Of a stretch of 64,000 nucleotides of DNA, positions 43,315 through 55,862 are shown in pieces. Source of the DNA: Ruditapes philippinarum (Eukaryota); assembly GCF_026571515.1 (NCBI RefSeq), contig NW_026855421.1, positions 1-64,000 of the forward strand. The letters are read 5' to 3'. How positions within the stretch are numbered: position 1 is the stretch's first letter; each line of letters opens with the position of its first letter. A program made the position numbers and the translations under genes. The notes under the pieces were generated by a model. That model saw nothing but the letters and a program-made list of their open reading frames with translations, had not been told where the DNA came from and ran no database searches.

Positions 43315-43864
43315 GCATTTAAATATTTAATATGATTGATATGAAAAAGGTTTATTGATTTGAAATAGTATTAAATTAACATTTTTATAAGCAATTAAAA
43401 TAACGTCCAATTAAATAACCAAGACAACAGAGTGCCAGTCTTTTTAAACAAAAGGCCTGGGAAGGTCGAGTTCAGTGCAAATCAAACTTAAGACCACCCC
43501 GGAATTATGACAACCCTTTTATTGAGATAGATTTAAAAAGCCTTGACAATAATAGTCAGAAAAGACTACTCTTGAAATTAAGATTACTTTGGTGAACACC
43601 AATCGGCTTGAGGGTTTTATCAATGGGCATGATGGGTAATTGACATATTAGTTACATCGAGTTGACTGTAAATAACTTGTAAGCGACAAAGTGACAAAAA
43701 CGTCTAATGTATGATTACCTGATTGGTTGCTGAATCTAAAACGCATGTGAAAAAAGGTGGCTAAATTTACACTTTAAAATTAGAATAAAGAAACTCGCGA
43801 ACTTAGCTTTGCTTTTTAAATGAGTTACTCTAATTGAACAGATTTTTTTCTCATTTTGGAGAGA
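43315..43864 (+). repeat. Duplicated unit A, copy 2
   Basis: Aligns to 28603-29138. Confidence 0.9.
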
Positions 43865-44877
43865 CTGCTCCTCAAGCAAAGTTTACTGCTAAAGACATAG
43901 ATAATTAACTCACTCTCTCTATTAATGGAAGTGCTTAAACAAACTCTTTAAGCAGTTAATTACAATCAATTATGGACTGTATATTGATTTTCCTCACCCT
44001 CGTTAAATGCACAACTTCAGGGTAGGAATTTGTTTTACATAGTAATTCAAAAGTGTGATCATTGCGCAGTTTTGGAATCCATACAGTAAGCAAGTCAATA
44101 AAAGCTTTATTTTAGTAAGAACACCATTTTCCAAAGATAGTTTTAGGTACATCAATTTGCATGTAGATATTTAAAGAGATGTTTCTTCAAAACACCTTTC
44201 TAAATCATGTTATTATTTTTTAAAACATCAACCTTATTCCTCCACGCGGTATAGCTTGCATGCATTATAAATGAGCTAATTGTCTTATCTCAATTAATGA
44301 CTGCCAAGCTAGCTTACGCCTTATTAATTTAAAAAAGTGTTAACAAATACATGCATCTACGCTATTTCTTGAGAACAAAATATGAAATAGGGGCAGATCC
44401 CTCGGAAGCGATGAAAACATCAACATTATATGAAAAATGCACATTTAGATAAATTTATTCTGTTCATGAGAGATACCGTAAAAGTGCAACATCTCTCAAT
44501 CCCGTAGCACCGGCTTAACCCGGCAATATTCAATGTGTGGGACTCTTATCCTGAAAGACCAGTAAAAAAACATGTAACAAACTGAAGCCATTCTACTACA
44601 TAACAGCCGTATAATCGTAGTAGATGAAAGGCATGTGTTGTGTAATTAAACGGTAATTAAAATTATCTGATCATTAAACTGAAAACGTTTCATATCAATT
44701 TGACAAATAGCTGCTAATTTGTCTTGGTATTGATAAAGTTACATTTCAAAAAAATACATAAAGGACATTTAGTGTATAATAAGTCCTTCTGTTATTTTAT
44801 ATAAATATTCTCTTGGTTTAGCTCAATGAGTTACCATCAATAAGACTGATATGTTGATGCATTTTTAAAACGGTCAA

Positions 44878-45245
44878 TAAGTAATAGAAAAAGCATCAAA
44901 ATACGAGACTATCTGATTTGTACGAGGTGGCGCAGCCGAATGTTTTGATATTGATTTCTCTTTTCGTATCATAGGCAAAATTAAAAACACGGTTTCTGTT
45001 CTCAAAATATGAAACTCAAGAAAAGAGTAACCAATGAACGATCATCTGAATTTGTCATTCCTATCGTTATTCCCTTCTCTGTCGACAAAATAGTAAACCA
45101 CAGACAAAATTGAGCCAATCAATGGGCATATTCTGGAGTGCGGGCAACTAATATTACTGCGCTCCAGTTAACGCACTGTGCATGTATGTGTATACGATTT
45201 AACCCCGACACATTTTCAACAGAAAGGTCCCCAAACTATGATACA
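44878..45245. mobile_element. Non-autonomous interspersed repeat, copy 2
   Basis: Homologous to 561-942; the paralogous site near 25620-25650 lacks it, consistent with an insertion. Confidence 0.7.
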
Positions 45246-45249
45246 GCAA

Positions 45250-48200
45250 GCATTTGTAGCACACTCGATCTAATTTAAACGGGATACAAAAAAAATCAAA
45301 TTTGTTACGACATAGCTTTAGTATGATTTATTACGGAGATCAGTGAAGTTGAAGTCACGAAAACCAATGCATTGTCAAATAAATGACACTGCAATCCTTT
45401 ATTTAACTGCATGCTCTTTAGTTATTGAAACACGTAATCACTTTACATCGATTCAATTCACTCATTAATGTCATATCCTTGTACGATTATCGTATTTAAA
45501 TTCAATAATCGTAATGACTATAATTGAATTTTCATTTGCAATTCATCAGAAATTCTGTTAGAATGGTTATACAGATGAAAAAACGAAAGACAAATAGCTA
45601 AAATCTGGATGTATTTGAAAGAGACAAGCTATAATACTACCTCTCAGGCCAGGGGTAGTAGGTTTAATAGCTACCTTGTTAACTACAAGGTTTCCACGTT
45701 CTCCGCAAGTTCCGGTTAGTTCCGGGAAGCAGGCATTAAGGTTGGTCTAAATTATCTTCCATCATTCATCAATGTACAGCTTATATTTTAACTGGAGTAA
45801 TGTTTATTTTAGAGGATTTATTTGTTTTATTACTATTATGTTTTAAATTATACGAAATACAACGCCTCCCTTTGAGGCTATAAAAATATAAAGGCAATTG
45901 TAAAAAGAAATCTGGAAACAAAGTGTAAACATTAGATATTAAGACAATTTCCTAACATTAATTTTGATCTTTTTGGAGATAATCTTAGCTTGCTACGGCA
46001 ATTATATGAATAATATATGAAGTGGTGAAATATTGTATTGCCGGTATTGATTTTAGTACAATGTAATTTCAAGATATAATCACTCTGCCTAAATGCCAAA
46101 CACTTAAGTGATGAAGTCGTCGTTTTTCCATCCGTTTATAATCCGGATATTTAAATATTTGAGTGCCTGTTTTTTGCATATGGCAACTGTAACAAGTCTT
46201 GACTTCAGTGCTTTAATACTTTCCTTGTCATTCGTTAACATTGATTCCAGTAATTTAATGTGTTGAAGATTGAAATAACTTAGACCGATGTTAGTAAAAG
46301 CAACACGGTGGTCATTGTTACATTTAAACTTAACATTCCCACTTACCTATGTCAATCACTGTCCGACAGTTTATTTAAAAGCCACTTCTTATTAAATTCC
46401 ATTAATGTTTATCGTTTCAGGCTACAAACCAAAGTCACGGCATAGAAGAAACTTAATGGTCAATACATATTTCTTCCATGATATTATTGTTACAGTAACA
46501 ATTGTGTATATACTGCTATATGATATACAGTGTTTATGATATATTTTATATCATTTATTACACGTGACATATATATAAATCAAAATCTCCTAGATAAAAT
46601 AAATACATTTATGCTCGCTGGCTTTTTATTTTTCATTTCATATCTTAATTTTTGTCACAACTATCCTTTAATGGTGATAAGGGACAATTAATATGAAACT
46701 TCTTTTCATCATTCTAAATCGAACGTTTATATAAAATATGAAAAACAAGATCAACAAGGAAAGGCGGCGTTCAATGAACGCAACCCCCACATGACCCAGC
46801 AACAAGAACCAATGGCAAGGAGCCCAGGCGGACCCCAAACATAAAAAGGACAGGGCAACGACACGTTAATCATTAAATGATAAATAATTTGTAACTGATT
46901 AGGAATTCAAAGAAAATAATAATAGGCCCACAAAGGGGAAGGGGACAGGAGACCGGGGGAAGGGAATCAAAGAAATAAAAACTAGAGGCAATGGGGAAGA
47001 TACTTACCGTAGACGAGAAAACAACAAGGGACACAAGCAAAGGTGTCACCAAAACAGTATGAAACAACATAGACATACATCTGAGGAACACAGTGGGGCG
47101 CCGCCTTGGAACGGTCAGCAGCATAATAATGACTGCTGGGAAGTTTAAACCGGTTAATGGTGCACCAAACCTCGCTCTTAGTCCCACCATGTTCCTATAA
47201 ACGAGACAGTGTAAATAAAATGAATCCCCGCCAAGTGAAATTCTAACAGTTGTCATGGTTACAAAAGGTTAAATAAGTAAAACACTAAAATGATCATGTA
47301 GAAACATCTAAAAGTAAACCCAATGACCATAACAAAAGTACTCAATGTCCTAAAGGAAGACAGAGCAACAAGAAAATCACCTACAAGGGCCCGACGAAGC
47401 AAGGCAGAAGACGAACATTAAGACAATTCAGTCTTGATATAAAGTTTGATTTTACTGTTTTTAACGATTTTTTATACTTAAAATGTTCTTATTTCAGCCA
47501 AGTTATGTAATACAAGTCTTTCGAAAATCTTGCTATGTTTGGTATTTTCCTGAGACTGGTGCCTCATTCAATGTAGATTCTAAGTAAATGATTTGATCAT
47601 AGGAGAAAATAAACCTTGCATTCAAGTCTTAATCTTTCCCTCATTACTGTCTTGCTTCTAACCAATGAATATCAATGAATATTTTGATATTTAGAAACTA
47701 TTATAACATAATGGCTAAGCACTTATAGTTGTCTCAGTATTTATGGAACGCTGAACATGAAGTTAACGTTTAGCGATACTGAATAACAAATTGTGTCAAT
47801 CTGCATAAGCAATAGTTACCTAACGTGAGTTAGATTGACAGTTGTCAATTTACCAGATTAGCAGACCCGTACATAATTCACTGACAATTTATGTTAGTAA
47901 GGAAGGAAGTGTACATACGAGTACCAGGCATGTAAGATGTATATTTCTAAGGATAGAAAAATCCATACAAAATACTACAAATAGCGGTTCTGTAAAATCT
48001 AATCTTATATCGACTTATCACACACAATACCCTTCGTAACGCTTTCCTACATATGCGCAATATTTACTCCTCTGTTAACAACAATAAAACTTCCATAGGG
48101 CAATTGTATTGTGACGAAATATATTTGTAATAACGTTTATGTTTCGAAGATAACAAATAGCTAGTGGGATTATTTTCTGTTTGTTTACATCAATTAAAAA

Positions 48201-48410
48201 CAAAACATTTCGTTGAGTTATGCTTTAACACTTATGCTGACACTTAGCGTGGTAAACATACGTGTGTTTATAATTACGACGTCGCTTTTAGATTAACGTA
48301 TTTTATTTTGAATTTATAATAAATGAATATTTGGTGGACAAAATCTTAACTTGAAAAATAATTAACTGAAGGTAGAGCAAAAGATATCCGACAAAATATT
48401 TGTCTTTTTT
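45250..48410 (+). repeat. Duplicated unit B, copy 3
   Basis: Colinear with the other B copies; interrupted by the insertion at 46735-47433. Confidence 0.9.
46735..47433 (-). mobile_element. Retroposon-like insertion (possibly Penelope-associated terminal fragment)
   Basis: Absent from paralogs near 27125 and 52775; flanked by ~10-bp TSD TTTATATAAA/TTGATATAAA; carries CCGCCTTGGAACGGTCAG, a motif I recall from bivalve repeats; the family label is tentative. Confidence 0.7.
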
Positions 48411-51400
48411 TTCACTGCACTAAATCGCGGAATGTGACGTCATTTAATCGGTGTCCCCAGTCGCATGAGAGTTAAATATTGTGCTAGTACTTACATATTA
48501 AGTCCTTTTGACATTACAATGTTATTTTAACGGTAGATTTAACTGAGGACTCTGTAATAAAAGAAAGCCGACAACAGAACATCCCCATTAAGTATTTCTT
48601 TTGAAAATTATAGCCTCTGCAATAATGATAGGCGCTGAAAAATATTTGATTTCATATATGGAAAGTTATTTGACAATCTATATAACAAGAAAACATAATT
48701 TATTCCAATGTCTAACTAACCTTACTAAATTTCTAAAAATTCGCATGATGTTTTGATAAATACCTTATTGAATACAACACACATTTCACGCAATTATTCA
48801 AATATATTTAGTATCTAAGAGTTTACTTCTGAGAGATCCATATCCAATGTGTAATTATTGGCAAACAATCAAAAACGATGTGTTTTATATTTAAACTAAA
48901 TGTGAGACTATGCGTGCGTGTATGTTTATGGATTGTTTATGATAAAGTATAATGATTTATATTACCTTTTAATTTCGTAAACTGCTAAAACCTTTAATTC
49001 ATTGTAAAATTTTATCATGGTATTTGTAGTTTCCTTCAAATGAGAACTGTTTATTGTAATAAAGCCGCATCTTTTAGAAAGTCACTCTAAATTTCTTTGT
49101 TTCATGACCAATTTTGTTCCAGTGAAAATCTTGAGTGAGCTTATGTTCATAACAATGTTTTGCATTTCAAATTCAGAAGAGGATAATTGTAGCCATAATT
49201 TTTATGGGTTATATTGTCATAACAGTATAAAATGCTTTAAATCATTAATATTAGAAAATGGCTAGGATAGGTAATAAACGTCTTATAACAGAACAAGTTC
49301 CTTTGAAATGTATATCTTAAAAGCCGTGAATTTGTACATGAAAACCATTTCATTTAAACGGTCATTTTATACTATTTAATTAAATCATGGATCCCTCGAC
49401 CGTGCCAGTCGTTAAAATGAAATATGAATGATAGCATTTTGGGTTTTCTGTGTTTTTTCTTCTTCTTCTCTTTCTTTCCTATCACCAATATATTTATACC
49501 TATAAATGTTATGGGAAGCATAAAGTTTAACACACAATGATCTATATTATTAAAAGGCTGCCAGTTAAGTGCAATAATAAGCAAATTATACTCAGTTGAT
49601 TTTATAACAAGCTAAGAAAAAAACCTTAAATTGTTACAACAACGTCTCTTTGTGATTTATTGCGGAGATCAGTAAATTCGTTAAATTGTAATCAAGAAAG
49701 TCAATTGAAAAAACACTACATTTTTCTGTTATTCAATCTCATGCTCTCAAGTATTAAGTAAGTAAGTAAGTAACAAGAAATCAATTTATAACGATTCAAA
49801 ATACTCATTAATGTTGTATCATGTTGTATCATTGTATGATATTAAATTCATTTAAATTAAATAATGGTATAAATTCTCTAACCCCATGATACCGGTGACT
49901 CCGCGGTACCGGTGTATTCACATATCTCGCGATATTATTGTCAATGCCACCTGCCGACTGTTTATATTGACATGCTCTACTAATATTTACTATTTCAAAG
50001 TTTTTAAACATTTTGATGAGTTTCTGAAGAAAATGTTTCACATTCCTACCTTACTTTTCTTTTACTATCCTATTCCTCCATTGCATAAATTTGTCTCTGT
50101 GCAAAACAGATTTTTTTTCCAAAAAAATAAAAAATGACAGGTGCTGACGTCATTCATACCTCCATTATATGTCACTTGACCTTTTGGCGGGAAAAAAATA
50201 ATCTTTGGAAAGCAATTAGTGCATATAAAATAGTTTGTGAAAATTGAAAAGTCAGTTTCATTCAGTCTTTTAAAGGAGTCTGTGTAAATTGTCATATTGA
50301 TATTTAATCTTCATCATATAGAAATAAAATAGATTCAATGATATAAAAGGTCCAGCAAATCACAACAACACTAAAATGTAGTGTAGAGAATTTTTTAATC
50401 CAGCCACATGGTATCATTTATACACCTGTAATTGGGAGTAAAAGATTCTAAAACAGAGATCTCTTGGGAGTAATAAAAAATGAACAATAAATTATTGAAA
50501 CATCCATTTTTATGTTGTTTTAAAGTGTTTTTTTTTTCAGATATGAATACAAGAATGCTTAAATGATATTTTTGCTATTAAAACTGCAATGGTTTTCCAT
50601 ATAAATAACATTTTTACCAGTACATCGGTAGCATGAAGTCTGCTTAACTACGTCATACAAAAAGGTGTACCATTGTTTACATTGATTTCGTAGTGGGGAG
50701 AATTTCAGAGTACCAGAACTCTGTAATGTATTTTTAAGAGGATTAAATGTTAATGAAGTTGTTTCTTTACATAACTAAACATTTTAAGAACGTATATCAT
50801 GCATTACTGGGAAATCAAACAAACTTGTAGTATCTTTAAAAGTCATGTTGATTTCAATGACAAATATTGATTCCTTCTTATATATGACATGAAAGGTAAT
50901 GGATTGCAATAGTATCAAGTAACCATTTAAGAAGAATTACAAATCTTTTTGTAATTTTCAATGACTGAAATAATTATAGCATTTAAAATATTTAATATGA
51001 TTGATATGGAAAAGGTATATGAATTTGAAATAGTATCAAATTAACAATTTTAGAAGCAATTACATAACGTTCCATTTAGTTACCAAGACAACAGAGTTCC
51101 AGTCTTTGTAAATAAAAGGCATAGGAAAGTTGGTAACAGTACAAATCAGACTACTCTTGAAATTAAGATCAATTTGGTTAACACCAATCCACTCGGCTTG
51201 AGGGTTTTATCAATGGGTAAAGGTTTCTATATTGAAATACTTTAGTATTTGTTACATCGAGTTGACAGTAAATAACTTGTAAGTGAAAAAGTTACAAAAA
51301 AGTCTAATTTATGACTACCTGATTGGTTGCTGAATCTAAAACTCATGTGAAAAGAGGTGGCTCAATTTACACTTTAAAATTGAAAAAAAGAAACTCGCGA

Positions 51401-54400
51401 AATTAGCTTTGTCATTTACATGAGTTACTCTAATTGAACAGATTTTTTCATCTTGGAGAGACACTGCAATCCTTTTATTTAACTGCATGCCCTTTAATAA
51501 TTGAAACACGTCATCACTTTACATCGATTAAATTCAATCATTAATGTCACATCCATGTACGATTATTGCATTTAAATTCAATAATCGTTATTATAATTGA
51601 ATCTTCATTCGCAATTAATCATAAATTCTGTCAGAATGATTATACAAGATAAATACATGTTGAAAGGTGTTCAAAAGTTAAAGCTTAAATATGAATGACT
51701 TTGTGTTTAAAAGAGGCAGGTAATGATACTGATTTTCAAACAAGAAATTTTAAGTTTAACTTTTATCTTGATCAGAACAATGTTTGCTTATACGTCGCAT
51801 TTTCCGGAAAGTTCCCGGAAGCAGGCGTTTTGGTTAATATTAATCGTCTTCAATCATCCATCTAAATAAAGCTTATATTTAACTGGAATAATGTGTTGAT
51901 AGCCTTTATTTCTGTTATTCCTTTAATTTTGATAAATAACACAACGCCTCCCTTTTCGAATTTAGGGATTAAAAAAGGCAATTGTAAACATTAGATATTA
52001 AGACAATTTCCTAACATTAATTTTGATCATTTTGGAGATAATCTTTGCTAGCGAAGACAAGTATATGAATAATATATGAAGTGGTGAAATATGGTATTGC
52101 CGGTATTGAGATGTAATTTCAAGATATAATCACTCTGCCTAAATGCTAAGCACTAAAGTGATGAAGTCGTCGTTTCTTTTTTCTCATCCGTTTAGAATCC
52201 TGATATTTAAATATTTGATTGCCTGTGTTTTGTGTTGTTGTTTTTTTGCACGTATCAAATGAGGTGTGGAAACTGTGACAAGTTGCCCAAGTTTGGACGT
52301 CAGTGCTATTATACTTTTCTAGCCATTCGTTATCATTGATTCCAAATATTTAATGTGTTGAAGATTGAATTAACTTAGGATCTGTGATAGATAAAAACAA
52401 CATGGTGGTCATCGTTACATTTAAAAATATCATTCCCACTTATCGATGTCTAACACTGTCCGACAGTTTATTTAAAAGCATCTTCTTATCATGTTTCATT
52501 AATGTTTATCGTTTCAGGCTCCGAACCAAAGTCACGGCATACAAAAAACGTTCTGGTCAATATATGTCTATAGTCTATAGGATATACAGTTTTTATGACA
52601 TATTTTATATCATTTATATCACGTGACATATATATAAATCATAATCTTTAGATAAATACATTTAGGCTCGCTGGCTTTTTTTATTTTTTCATGTCATATA
52701 TTTTTGTCACAACTATTCTGTAATGGTGATAAGGACAATTAATATAAAATATAATTTTTTTCTAAATCGAACGTTGATATAAAGTTTGATTTTACTATTT
52801 TTAACGATTTCTTATACTGTAAATGTTCTTTAATCAATAGTGATGTTCAGTCAAGTTATGTAATACAAGTCTTTAGAAAATCTTGCTATGTTTGGTATCT
52901 TTCTGAGACTGGGGCCTTATTCAATGTAGATTCTAAGTATCTGATTTGATCAAAGGAAAGAATAAACCTTGACTTTAAGTCTTAATCTTTTCCCTCAATA
53001 CTGTGTTGCTTCTAACGAATGAATATTGTTTGATAGATATAACAGCTGAGCGTTTGTCATTGTCTTGGTATTTATAGAACGCTGAAACTGAACGTTAACG
53101 TTTAGCGATACTGAATAACAAATAATGTCAATCTGCATAAGCAATTGTTCCCTAACGCGAATAAGTTTGACAGTTGTCAATTTATCACTTTTTATCACCA
53201 GATTAGCAATCCTGTACATAATACTTTGACAAGTGTATGTTAGAAAGGAAGGAAGTGTACAAACGAGTAACAGGCATGTGAGATATATATTTCTAAGGAT
53301 AGAAAAATCCATACAAAATACTACAAATAGCGATTCTGTAAATCTAATGTCATATCGACTTATCACACACTCATACTTAGACTTATACCCTTCGTTACGT
53401 TTTCATACATATGCGCAATATTAACTCCTCTGTAAACAACAATAAACTTCTATAGGGCAATTGTATTGTCTATCTAACCTTTTTAAAGTTCTAAAATATC
53501 ACATGATGTTTTGATAAATAACGTTATCGAATAAAACACACATTTCACGCAATTATTCAAATATTGCATGACTTTGTAATTAAGTATTTAAGAGTTTACA
53601 TCCAAGAGATCCATGTCCAATGTGTAATTATAGGCAAAATGAAAACATGAAAGAGACTTTAATCAAAAAGGATGTGTTTTATATTTTAACTCTATGTGAG
53701 ACTATGTGTGTTTATGGATTGTTTATGATAAAGTATGATTTATATTACCCTTGAATTTCTCCAAATGGCAATATCTGTCGTACATAACCACTGTTTTATT
53801 ATGGTTTTTATAGTAGTTTCCTTCAAATGAGAACTGTTTTTTTTTTATTATAAAGACACATCTTTAAGAAATTCACTCTAAATTTGTTTGTTTCATGACC
53901 AATTTGTTCAAATGAAAATTTTAGTGAGTTTATGTTCATAACAATGTGTTTTACATTTTGAATTCAGTAAAGGGTTATTTTAGCCATACTTTTTATGTGT
54001 TATTATTGTCATAATTTTTATTCGTTAACAATTTAAATTGCTTCAGATCATTAATATTGTAAAATGGCTAGGATAGGTAATAAACGTCTTATAACAGAAC
54101 AAGTTCCTTTTAAATGTACATGTATAACTTTAAATAATCGTCGTTGAAAGCATTTTGGGTTTTCTGTGTTTTTTTCTTGTTCTTCTCTTTCTTTCCCATC
54201 ACCAATATATTTATGCCTATAAATGTTATGTGAAGCATAAAGTTTTATAACAAGCAAGGAAAAGAAAACTTAAATTGTTACGACAACGTCTTTATGTGAT
54301 TTATTGCGGAGATCAGTAACGTCGTTAAATTGTAATCAAGAAAGCCAATTGACAAAACGCTAACTCTTCATTTTTCTGTTATTCAATCTCATGCTCTCAA

Positions 54401-55751
54401 TTAATTTAAACAAGAAATCAATTTTTAACGATTCAAAATACTCATAAATGTCGTATCAGTGTATGATTTATTCATTTAAATAAAATAGTGGTATTATAAT
54501 TGAATCTTATATTGCAATACATCCATCAGAAATCATTTTAAGACTAATCATGCAACTCTAGTACTGGAAGACAAATGTTTCTCTCCCGCTATAAGATGTC
54601 TATTCTTTAGTTGATGTTGTTTTTGTTTGCTTTGCTTTTACTGAAAATAAAAATAGGCAGTTTTAAAGATGCAAGGAGGGTTGTTCGCTTTGGAATCCTT
54701 AATATATTTCCTGACAAAATGGCAGTCTATGTTTGATTAAACAGATTGCAATTACCTTTGTCAGCTACAACGGCGTAACTTCTCTAATTCCTGTAAGTTA
54801 ATTTTAGCAAGGAATCTCCTTAACCGTTTGAATCATTCATGTTTTTGTAAAATAACAAAGTATTAACTGTATTTCTAATGATATGTAAAAGTTTGCTTTT
54901 TATAATAAGGCTACATTTTATGTATAAAAATGCTGCAACTGCCATTCCCAAAGCAATTGTGAATACCATAGTACTAATCAATGTATGATCATATGACTGC
55001 CTGAGTGTTTCCAAATGTGTCAGCTACGTACAACATTACATACGTTTGTTGCATGTAGTTGTAATTTTCTTGAACAGATGAAAAATGATAATGGACCAAT
55101 TCATTTTTAATATAAACACGTAATAAAGTTATAATCAGATTGATTTTAATATACAAATAATTATATACAATATAAATGGTGGCAACCTAATTCAAGCGAT
55201 ACTTGTGCTGATGACTGAGTCTTAATCCAAGGACGTGACGTATTTAAGTCCAGACAATTTTCCATATATCACAATTAACGGTTACTTCAAAAAAACTTAA
55301 ACTTAAATCACCTTCCATCATTTATCACAAATAAAAACAAGCTTAAATAGATAATTCTAAACTGGTTTTAATAAGTTAGTTAATGTTTGTATAGCAGAGT
55401 TCTTTGCCTTTTACCTATTGTTATATATCATGTCACAAGACAGACGCGGAATCATCCTACTTTTGGGGGATACAGATGTAATCATTAGATACTGACACAA
55501 TGTTTTTAACTTAATTTGATAGTCGGAGATTTAATCTATGTAAGTAAGCAGGACCAGTATATGAATAGTTTAATACTTGGTGACATGTAATCCGGAAATA
55601 TAATTTCAAGACGAAAGCAATTTACAATAATGCCAAATTCTTTAGTTATGTAATCATTTTTCCAGTCGTTTAGAATTATTTTGTCTTTTATAAAGAATCC
55701 TAACTTCAGTTATATTACTATGTGCAAATTGTGTCTAAAAGTTGTTCGTTA

Positions 55752-55862
55752 CTCGTTCGTGTCAGAAATAATGCATGGATAAGCACCTGAAATCTTCCTC
55801 CACCAGTAAACTGGAAAGTAGCCATATAATCTTACGATTGCTTGTGTGGCGTTAAACCAAAG
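55752..55862 (+). mobile_element. Degraded SINE 3' fragment, paralog
   Basis: GAAATAATGCATGGA..GCACCTG...TCTTCCTCCACCAGTAAACTGGAAAGTAGCCATAT...GGCGTTAAAC. Confidence 0.55.

Larger units (their letters stand above)
28603..44700 (+). repeat. Large segmental duplication, copy I
   Basis: Same order of blocks as 50978-63880 (A, B, old B, mariner site, 38-bp repeats and candidate exon, GC-richer block, A); copy II lacks the equivalent of ~40050-42440. Confidence 0.85.

Noticed and set aside
46873-47256. 127-aa hydrophobic ORF
   Set aside because: It lies within a TSD-flanked insertion; the hydrophobicity follows from the T-rich strand composition
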